A stretch of DNA of 64,000 nucleotides from Octopus vulgaris (taxonomy: Eukaryota), in NCBI GenBank assembly GCA_951406725.2, contig OX597819.1, forward strand, positions 36,642,001 through 36,706,000, in the 5' to 3' direction. The notes below the pieces were generated by a model. The model was not told the DNA's origin. It saw only the letters and a list, made by a program, of their open reading frames with translations, and searched no databases. Positions within the stretch are counted from its first letter, which is position 1. Each line of letters opens with the position of its first letter. Position numbers and translations under genes: made by a program. Shown here piece after piece: positions 53,647 to 64,000 of this stretch.

Positions 53647-55639
53647 ATTTCAGTATTCACTTGTTCTAACCACTATGAGAGATAAACTGTAAAGCAAATC
53701 ATTACTGAATGTCGTTAACAATTATGTTAAAATATAAAGGTTATACTTGAAAATACAGCATTCATTTCTACATTTCGTGTTTTGAAAGCACCTTCATAAA
53801 GCTCAATGCAAAACGTCGTATGTTATATAGGTAGTCAGATAAACTTGTTTTATATGAAAAGCGTCTGAAAATCGCTCAGAAAATAATTCATTACAATAAA
53901 CTTATTACAAATAAGCTTATGTCACAGTAACTTGATAAAGTTTTCATTGGGAACTCATAGATCTTAAGTTTGCTGAATCGGAGTCTTAGTAAGGTCAATA
54001 AGTTAAAATTTTCTTATGTCACTTTCAAATTCATAAAGATTTGTTTCTTTAACTACTTTGAAACATTGCTTCCTGTTAAGATTATGTTAATTTCTGCAAT
54101 ATCTACAAATAGATAAAACATGGATGGTTTTGAGGAAAGTAGTGAATATTACTTTATTTAAACTCCACATCAATGCGATCACCGTTGAACGTTTTAGAAA
54201 CTTCTTTTCCAATTCCTGCATATCTCATTTATTTCTTGTAAGAATGTCTTTATGCAACACGTTTTCAGATTTTTCTTTTCAACTGAAAATAGTAACCAGA
54301 ACAGTCATTCAGTTTTGTGTTATAAGTATTCTGTGAATATCTCCAATAAAATGAATGTCTTAATTTCTTTTTATATTCATTTACGCAATCAATACAAAAT
54401 TGCATGAACCATACTAGGTTTCATCTTCGAAGACAATATAAGCAATTAGTACAGCAAATAAGTTTACAATGATCTAAAATTCTCCCCTAAACACTATTCC
54501 TGTTAAATGACAGGTAAAATACCTTGCATATTTAGCTACGTTTTGAGTTCTAATTCAGTCAAAGTTAAGTTATTTGTGTTAGTAATATAAATGATTGCTT
54601 CCTCGCTAAAATGTGTGGCTGTATTCCTACGCTAGAAATAAATATTGAACGAGAAAATGAATAAAGTGTAACATGAATGAAAGCTAGCGTTGGCGACCAG
54701 AAGGGTATTGAGCCAGTAACTTTTCTCGAATATACACTGTAGTTTACTACTAGTCGCTGTCATAATTCAATCGAATTTACAGACTCTTGGTTGTTTACTA
54801 CATTATCACGCAGAGTACACATACATCTATTAAGATGCATAGTTGTAACTGTAAGTCGTGCAGTTCTGTAATATAGATTACAATGAGTTTATAGCATTTG
54901 TTAAAATACACATCGTTACTTAAAAGAATGTCGCCCTTTTTTGCAAACTGCAATCTCCAGTAATTTGTTTACCTTCCAGCATTTCTTTTATTTGCGAGCA
55001 GAACATCGGAATTGTCTAAAGATAAAAATTACAATTACATTGGAAGTATTTTGGAGAAGAAATGGAAAACAATTTCAGTATTGAATGCAAATAAAAATTA
55101 TAGAAAATACTTTTAGAAACGGCCTTGATTCAGACGTGGAATAATTTCTGCAGTAAGAATCTGAATAGTTGTCAAGTTGATAATTATTCAAGTGAATTAA
55201 ATGAACTTTTTACCAATTAACTGATTGAGTAGCTTTCAACACAACGTAGCCTACTGATTTGTAACTGATAGTCAGTAGGAATAGAACAAAGGAGAAAAAT
55301 CCTTATGAAATTCTATTCATCAATCAGATAACAAACTTATTTTAGATATTTTCTTATTAACACCCAAGATACAATGTTAGATATAGTATCCATATACGCA
55401 TGTGCATTCGGACTCACTCGCACACAGATATTTACACACACACAAAATGTACGCATACACACTCAGAGATGATTTAGATTAGATTTCAAGGATGTCAACG
55501 AAAAGCGAAAGTCCAGTACACAGATATCAAAGCGAATAGTTATTGTCAGTGTGGTTTGCTGTTAATGCTAAGTAACGTCATCGCCTTCGGCAGCGGTAAC
55601 TATTTCACGTTTCTGAGTAATTTATTTCTTCTCTTTCAT

Positions 55640-56450
55640 TTGTCATTTATCGTTAGATGTTTCTGACGACTTAGAATACCGAACCTTGCATGGGTCATGC
55701 GATCGTATAAGTTGAATTTGTTATACAATATTGGACATGATTGGACTTGATTATTGTTTGGTCTCCATTTCATAGGGTTGAAACAGCAACAGCTTGGTGG
55801 ACAACGGATCTGGTTTGTTGTTTTAAGTTGTTTCCTTCTCTGAAGGCACAGTCGGATAGACTTCTAAAAATAACACAGCCAACACGAATTTCATTTTCGA
55901 CAAACTTCTCGGAGATACATTGTATTGAAAGACATTTTCCAAAGTCGGTGACATTATCTACTTGTTCCATAGCGTTGTTCAAGATGGCGTTGTTGAAATT
56001 TGGAAAAGTTGTACGATAAGTAGATTGTGCGAGCAGTTTTATTCTGATGATGATGGTCGTTTCAATGTGATCGAATACGTTCTTAAAGTTGTTAACCACT
56101 TACTGAGTCTTCTGATGTCTATGTGCTAGAGATGTAGTCTGTTTTGCATTTACAATTCAGTAATACGGATAATGTCAGGTTGAAAAGTTTTCCATCATAG
56201 AGATACTTGACTGACATTCCTGTGTTGCTTTTTGTTAATAGTTAATGGTACATGATTTCCAAGAATACTGGAGCAAATATTCATCCTTGTTTCAGCTTTT
56301 TGATGGTTGGAAACTCTTCAGAGATATTTTGATGCGATACTCCTCCAAGCGGGCGGTTGTAGAGTTCTATAGAAAATATCAGAAATTGGTCATGGCTGCC
56401 AACCAAAGTCTTTTACAATCAACTGCATTGGGGATGCCAAAATCGTTTTA
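55640..56450 (-). mobile_element. Decayed RTE-like LINE RT fragments
   Basis: MEQVDNVTDFGKCLS..ENEIRVGCVIFRSL..QTRSVVHQAVAVSTL resembles the RTE RT C-terminal region. Confidence 0.45.
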
Positions 56451-56689
56451 AAGGTTGTGAAACATTAATAAAACCGTCTTCCATAGAATGTTAAATAGAT
56501 TGTTCCTCTGGATACTCGGAATCAGTACATACCGTGATTCACATAGGATTTGCTCTGCAATGACATAGGTGGATATTGAGCAACATTTCAGCCGTGAGTT
56601 TTCTGTAATAGCAATAACAGTCATGTCAAAATAGTTGTTATAGATACTATGATCTCCTCTGTTGATGATGGTAATGAAGATGGAATTTT

Positions 56690-57120
56690 CATAATTTCTA
56701 CTGTCCCTAAACTTCTTCCGTATGCTGTCAAGTCTGTCCTCCAATTCGCCGTATTTTTTCCAAGCAATCGCTCAACATTCGATGCAATCCCAAACAGATT
56801 CATACACTCCATAATCCAAGAATGTGGAATCATATCGTACGCCTTACGATAGTCGATCCATGACATGGCTAAGTTACTTTTCCTCCTCCTGCAATCTCTG
56901 AGTACAGTTTTGTCTATCAGGAGTTGATCCTTGGTACCTCTGCATTTACGCTTGCACTCCTTCTGCTCATGAAGCAGGACTCCATTTCTTTCCAGATGTT
57001 CGTACATTGACTCTGCGAGTATTCCAGTCAATAACTTCCACGTAAGTGGCACAGGATATCGGCCTGTAATTGTCTACCGTATTGCCTTTTTCTATGTTTA
57101 TCAGGTACAGCATTGTCCTA
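56690..57120 (-). pseudogene. R4/Dong-clade LINE reverse transcriptase fragment
   Basis: [59 protein letters not shown]. Confidence 0.85.
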
Positions 57121-58328
57121 CTGCACACACCAGTCCCACTACCACCACGACTATCGTCGTCATCATCAGCATCACTCCGATTTCCAATACAATCATCACA
57201 ACTATCATTTTTCATCTCTAATACTCTCCTCATTATCACAACTATTACCATTTACATCATCATCACTTCTATTGCGAATGACACCACCACTACAATCCTA
57301 TCAATGATACTACCACTATTACATTCATCAGCTCTAATATAATCATTTCCCATATCTCTAATACACCATATTATCATTGCTGCTACTACCACCACTACTA
57401 ATACCATCATCAGTATTATCACGCTAGCATATTTCCACAACTACCAACACAATTATCATAACTAATTAATGCTGTCGTTGTCATTTCTGTTTACTAATTT
57501 CGTAAAGCAGCTGAAACCTTTGTATCAGCATTCATGAATGACACCACGCCAGATTAAAGTAACGACAAGCCATGAAAGATTCTGCTTTCAGAAACAGCTG
57601 AAAGAATGACCAGATTAGTTAGCAGGCATACAATCAGCTTCATTTCCGTACGACTGTAATAAACCAGTGCAGCTTTGGTGCTGTTAAGAGAGATTTTTAT
57701 GTCTACGGACGCATAAATGTTACGTCCACATAATTATTTGTTTCCCTTTTAGTACAAATTTTCATTTCTAATATCTTCAGAGTCGTTAAAGAGTCAGACG
57801 TAATGTATAACGGTTATAATTCCGGAACCTTGCGTTCTGGGTTCAAAATCCGTTGAAGTTAACTTTGCTTTTCCTCTTTCCGAGTCAATAAATAAATTAC
57901 CAGTGACGTTGGTGAAACAGCGAAAACGTTAGAGCGTTGAACACGAATTTTTTTAGATATTTGCTCTAGGTATTTGCGTTCTAGTTTCAAATCATGTATT
58001 GGCCGACATTGGAATAGACTTAGCGTATCAGCGAGTTTAACACCACCACTCCTATCTCAAGAAGTTTTAGTATAGTCCATTTTATTCGGTTCAGGTCTAT
58101 GGAAAAAATTAGGCGGTAAATACCACATAAATTTGACAATTATAGAAGTTATGTAGAAGTCAAGTCTTTTTCCATATCGTCTAACAGGAAACCGAGAAGG
58201 TCTGGAAACAATAATTATGGATCTCGAAACTTTAACATTCCAAACAAACTGCAAATGAAATAAAAAAATCTTTCATGAAAGAGATAAATCTGGAACATGG
58301 CCGCGTTTTAACGAAGCACACACACACA

Positions 58329-58384
<56 letters not shown>

Positions 58385-58658
58385 AACATACACATTCGCA
58401 CATAACGGACTCTGCGTTTACAAAATTTCACTCACAAGGCATTGATCAAGGGTGACCATGCATCTGTACATGTATCAGTAGGTCTGGGTAAGGTTTTTTT
58501 TGAGGAAGAATTGTAGTTGTCCATGCATGTTAGTCTTCTCTCTATATGTCACTAATATCGCTGTCAAACCAAAAAGGTGGAACAGATACCGCAAGCTCTC
58601 TCCCTCGATCCACTAGCAATTCCGCCAATCAACAGTTACGGCTTGGCACTTTTATATC

Positions 58659-58990
58659 GGTGGAGAGGCGTGACTTAGTGGTTAGAGTGTTGTGGTGATG
58701 AGCATAAGATTCAGGATTCGATTCCTGCTCGGGCAATGCGTTGTGTTGTGGAGGCGAGTGGCTTAGTGGTTAGAGTGTTGGACTCATGATCTTAAGACTG
58801 TAGCTTCGATTCCTGGACCGGACAACCACTATGTTCTTGAGCAAAACACTTCATTTCACGTTGCTCTAGTTTACTCAGCTGGCAAAAATGAGTAATCCTG
58901 CGACGGTCCGGCCTCCCATCCAGGTAACCAAATATAAACGCCATGAAACAGGGAAATCGGTAGGACTCGAGAAAGTAACTTTACTTTAAC
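58659..58990 (+). mobile_element. Family D-like SINE with two tandem tRNA heads
   Basis: Heads at ~58659 and ~58748, each GG(A)GGCG..CTTAGTGGTTAGAGTGTT..TTCGATTCCTG. Confidence 0.75.
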
Positions 58991-59801
58991 TTTTTTGTTT
59001 TTTTTTACAACGCGTTGTGTTATTGAGAAATATATCTCATTTCCTGCCGTTACATTCCGCTCAGCTAGCAAACACGAATAATCCTGCAACGGGCTGCCGT
59101 CCCATTCGCGAGTGAAGAAGGAAATATATATATATACGCTACAGAATTTGGGAAACCGGGCTTATGACCCTACGGCTCAGGAATGACCTTTGAGCCCCCT
59201 TTTCTTTTTTTACTTTGTTACCGACTCGAAAATATGAAACGCAACGCTGTTGGTCTCGTAGGGATTTCAACTGAGTGCTCAGAGAATCGGAATAAATACT
59301 GCGAAGTGTTCAATCCGTTGCTTTAACGACTCATCCAATTCATTGCCCTTCTACTCAATATATTTCTTTTTTATTTCCAATCTGAATTGTTGTACTGCGA
59401 TATAAGTCATCCTTGGACAGCTTCAGTAACATGCTACTTTTGTTGTGAAATAACGTTCCTAACTCTCTATTGATACCTTAACTTCTCAAGAGAACTACGC
59501 TATGAGTGATCTCCCTTGACATTTTCCACGGTATAAAATAACAGATTCACAGAGGAAAAGATATATATATACAGAGAGAGAGAGAGAGGAAGACGGAGAG
59601 AGAGGGAGAAGAATTGACTCCTAGTACTTTGTTTAAGACACCCTGGAGAATGAACTCAATGTTGACCTCGATAGTATTTGATCACAAACAGTAGAGCCAA
59701 AACACATACCGCAAAGCATTCTACAATACGCTGTAACGACCCAACCAATTAGCTGACGCCTTCTCTCCCTTCTTCTCCTCATCCGCTTCATCCACTTATT
59801 T

Positions 59802-59859
59802 CTCTTCTTCTTCTTCTTTTTCTTCTTCTTCTTCTTCTTCTTCTTCTTCTTCTTCTTCT

Positions 59860-59891
<32 letters not shown>

Positions 59892-60264
59892 ATCTTCTTA
59901 CTATTGTGAGACAGGACGCTGGCACGATCGTTAGCACGCCGGGGAAAATGCTTCCCAGTATTTTGACCGTCCTTACAATCAGAGTCCAAATTTCACCGAG
60001 GTCGACTTTGCCTTTCATCCTTTCGGGTCGATGAAATAAGTATCAGTTATGCACTGGAGTCGATCTAATCGACTAGCCACTTCACCCAAAATTTCAGACC
60101 TTGTGCCTATTGTAGAATGCATAACTATTATTATTGTGTGTGTGTGTGCGTGCGTGCGTGCGTGTGTATGTGCGTGTGTGTGTGTGCGTGTATGCGTGTG
60201 TGGGTATGTGTGTGTATGTGTGTCCGTGTGTGTGTGCGAATGCATAACTCTTTCTTTAAATATT
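59802..60264 (+). repeat. (CTT)n plus second copy of the 38251-38585 segment
   Basis: About 13 differences in ~235 bp of the SINE part by eye; CTT repeats resume after 60264. Confidence 0.85.
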
Positions 60265-60319
60265 CTTCTTCTTCTTCGTGTCCTTATTCTTGTTCTTGCT
60301 GTTCTTCAAACGAATGCAA

Positions 60320-60650
60320 CCAAAGTGAATCTGTATTACTATATATCCCTAGTTTCATGTGTTCCCCTGTCAATACATAACATCAACGTACTTGAAAGGT
60401 CTTCGCCCTCTATTAAATTGCAGAAGTCTCAGATATGGCCTGCTGTTCAGTGTGATAACAGTGATCAGCAAAGCATTTCCTTCATCGACTAGATATGAGT
60501 GGAATGCGTTTACACCATGAGATATTTTCAATCTTCATGGAGATGGAGCTTCCATCTCCATAGTCCCAGTTTAACTTCTTTACAGAATCACTGCATTAGT
60601 CTACAGTGTTCATAGTGCATGCAAGGGGTACTGAAAAGATTTTGGCTTTA
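60320..60650 (-). mobile_element. Decayed RTE/RTE-X LINE 3' end
   Basis: Remnant motifs LKAKIF.., NISW, FADHC, RGRRPFKYVD. Confidence 0.45.
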
Positions 60651-60669
60651 AGGGTATTGCGAAAGGCCT

Positions 60670-60832
60670 GACTGGAGGTCCAACTTTCCAAGTTCTTTTA
60701 CAGGGCTTAGAAAAACTGAAAGACAGCTGCAATAAGTGTGTGAGAGGAATATGTTGAATAAAGTCATAATTAACTAATTCTCCTGTATTTTCTTTTACCC
60801 AAAGCCAAGAATTTTTCAGCACCTCATTGTAT
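60670..60832 (+). mobile_element. 3' end of a mariner element
   Basis: ..QGLEKLKDSCNKCV..EYVE* followed by TIR-like GCCAAGAATTTTTCAGCACC..TA. Confidence 0.6.
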
Positions 60833-62197
60833 ATCGGTCTCCAGGGAAGACGATTAGAAAAATCGATTCAGACGAACCTATAGACACGCATCTAAAGCAA
60901 TATATGACATTTTAACAGTTATAACTTTCCTGCAGCCATTTTAGTATTGAATAGTCAATAAAAATATTGACAACGTCTGATTTTGTAGCATCGTCTTTTC
61001 TTCTTTCATATAAAATAAACTTCCCGATATTTTGAATGACACCTCATTTCGGTTGATGTTAGCGATTAGATACTTCAGTGGACAGTTGAAATTATGAGTA
61101 GACATCTAGACAATATCAACTTTATATTGCTATTGCTGCACTGACTTTATTTGAATCAGGACTGAGGCAGATTATCATTCTTCTGGATGCAAAAATGAGA
61201 AAATACAATCGTAAAAGATAAAAAGCAATTGATGTTAGAGTGAAAATATGTAACCTACCATTTTCTCCTTGAGGCTGTTTTTAAGTTTCTTCGTTGGTAT
61301 AAGTTAGTTATTTACTGAAATATATCCAAGCATACAGCGTGAAAGTGCTTTGCTATATTATAAATAAAATATATCCTAGATTAAAAAAGAATGACTTATT
61401 GTGCTAGAAAACAAATTGTTTTCGATTTGTATGTATTTATTTAGGGTAAGTTTTTTTATAACAAGGCTTGTTATAAATAAATGTCTGAAAGTACTAAAAA
61501 AACAGTATATTTCATTACATGTGAGAGACACAGAAGCGAATACATTAATATATCACTGAAAATTTTATGTATATATTCATGACAGAAATATCAAAATAGA
61601 CAAAGTGCTTAGTCGAGCAGATTTATTCACTGAAAGGCTGCAGCTATAACCTGCATGTCTTCCTTCAGGCAAGGTGGTAAAGTGTAGTTTAAGGAAAATA
61701 TGGCCGCTATTTTCTGCAGATCTAGCGTATATGTAAAGGTTCCCTCATTCACTGCAGAGAGCAATATGTATATATAAAAAACAAAAAAGACAATGTAGTG
61801 ACAAAGATTTAGTTCAAATCTCATAGAAGTCTATTTTGTTTAAATCTTTCCGGGATAATATTCCAAGTACCAATAAAAAATTAATGCAATGTTATGACAA
61901 ATTTCTTATTAACCATGATAATAACTGAGGCAATAACAATCACAAGGAGAAGACTAGCAATGATATTATATATTAAAATACGTAAAGGTAAATATTCAAA
62001 ACTTAATATATCCCAAATATGCCATATGGGTTATAAAAAATAAAGTAAATTATAATTTAAAAGACATTGTTAAAATTTATAGACTTTAACATATCTGCGA
62101 TGAAAGCAGCTACTGCACTTGTAGCGTCAGGTAGCCTCTATACTTCTGAATGCATATATAAGCGTATAGATACGTATAAATGTATCTTCTATCCTTC

Positions 62198-62385
62198 ATT
62201 TTTTACTTGTTTCAGTCATTGAACTGCGACCATGCCGAGACATCGCTTTGAAGGGTTTGGTCGAACAAACCCCTCCACCCCAGTGCATAGTTTTTAATCC
62301 TCTTATTTTATTGGACCCTTTTTTTCGGAACCGCTAAATTAGCGGACGTAATCCAACCAACCCCGGTTTTCAAGCGATAGTGGAG
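62198..62385 (-). mobile_element. Family B SINE 3' part
   Basis: TTTTACTTGTTTCAGTCATT..ACTGCGACCATG on +. Confidence 0.7.
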
Positions 62386-63687
62386 TCAAAGAAAACACAA
62401 ACGAAGCTACACACGCAAGCACACAAACGCGAGCGCGCGCGCACACACACACACACGCACACACACACATACACACACACACGAAAGAAGCTTCTGAATC
62501 GTACAGCCACACCGGATTTTGCTGAATTGTTGGAAGGCGGCAGATTTGAAAAAGTGTTACTAAAAGAAAGAGAGTGATAGTTAAACATATTTGTGAAGCA
62601 CAGCTCCAAATATATAAACGTTTATAAATGATATTACTGATACTATTAATGGCTGAGATTTCTTATGTTTCTTCTAACATAACTTTAAGCGGCTTAATCT
62701 ATGCCGAAAATACTGTCGCACTGTAGCAGAACCATAGCTCATGTTTTTTTTGCGGATTATGTTTGCTAAATAGAACATGCAATTAAATCTTTCCAGATAT
62801 GCTCCAAATGCTGGTTTATTCTTATGTAAATCATTTGGCATTGCAATATCATCAAATACAGAAAATAAAATCATACCTTGCCTTTTACGAATTAACATTA
62901 TGATTGGGTATATTACCACACCTCTTACGTCAAATTTGACCCCAAATTTCACCGTCAAACAAAATTAACTCCTTCTCATCTGTCTTACAAACACCGAGTA
63001 TCGTATTTTGTTCTTGAGCCAAGGACTCGTAAGGCTAGTTACCCGGTTTCCATGACGCACAAGTGATCGAGATCGCAATATTCCTCTGAGCAGGACACTG
63101 GTGTGTTGCAGCGTTGAAGAGCAGAAATTTTAAGGACTTAACTGGTATCTTATTTTATCTACCACGCTCAAATTTGATTTGTAGATACCGACAAAAATCG
63201 ATTCCAGGTTAGAATGCAATCGATAAAGCCGTGGGAACGTGCATTTGTACGCACAAGTACATTAGCTGTTGCGATCGATACTATACTACGCGTACGCGAG
63301 AAAAGTGCACTGCAGTTTGCGCAAAAGCAGCCGGCTGGCTGGAAATAATGCCACAAAATGCAGTATATTTAAGAGACCAAATAGTAAGATGCAAAAGATA
63401 TATTTTCTTCAAACTTGGCGTGAAGGAAGGATAGACTATTTGGTTTCTCAAGAAGTTCTTTTTTGCCTTAACTTCGTTTATCAAAACCAAGAATTTTATT
63501 GAAATAAAGACATACTTAATTATTTGTTAATGAATAGAAAACACTGATTGCTTTTTATTCAAGGAAGAAAATGCTATTTTGTTGCTAATAAATAACTTTT
63601 GTTGCCTTACAGCTTTAAGCCAAAAAAGGGTGTTTTTAGTGAAAGAAAACCATTATTGTATTTAATCAAGATTGTTTCAAGCTCAGC

Positions 63688-63757
<70 letters not shown>
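63688..63757. repeat. (GATA)n microsatellite
   Basis: Direct reading. Confidence 0.95.
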
Positions 63758-63758
<1 letters not shown>

Positions 63759-64000
63759 TGTATGTGAGTAAAAGTAACACTTACATATTTCGCCATATTA
63801 GCTCATTCGCACGGCAGATTCAAAGAAGAAAGCTTTGAAAAGGACAGAATGTAAGTGGCTAAGTATTTAGTCATTAAATGAGTTCTAAGAGTAATGGGTA
63901 GAGGGAACAGATATATGAGAATCGTACAAACGGAATATTATGTTAGTTCTATCGGTTGAGAAAATAGGTGGAGGTTGTTTTTAAGGAGATGACATGTGTG

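Noticed and set aside
62674-62958. 94-aa minus ORF with faint RT-like pattern (GVVIYP..VFDDIA)
   Set aside because: Too degenerate to call without an HMM search.

Overview
AT-rich, repeat-dominated animal genomic DNA, intergenic or deep intronic. The SINE repertoire, microsatellite load and TTAGGG-type repeats suggest a coleoid cephalopod, probably Octopus (inference, not confirmed by search). I can support no intact host protein-coding gene; most ORF-track hits are microsatellite or repeat read-throughs. The window holds at least four tRNA-headed SINE families, decayed DNA transposons (DD34D mariner, DD37D maT, piggyBac, a TTAGGG-carrying TIR element in 4 copies) and LINE fragments (Tx1/L1, R4/Dong, RTE). 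The most notable feature is a dense set of Penelope-like element (PLE) derivatives: RT and GIY-YIG pseudogene fragments plus about 10 minimal type-I hammerhead ribozyme (HHR) motifs from several families. Most lie in fold-back inserts flanked by (TA)n. One copy (48406-48773) is a terminally redundant ~352-bp unit folding as a rod, as expected from a circular-RNA (retrozyme-like) template. A relative (27889-28295) is a palindrome centred on hammerhead stem II. One tRNA-SINE carries a hammerhead, and one Nin-SINE subfamily shares its 3' tail with the Tx1-like LINE. All coordinates and alignments were read by eye and may be off by a few bases.
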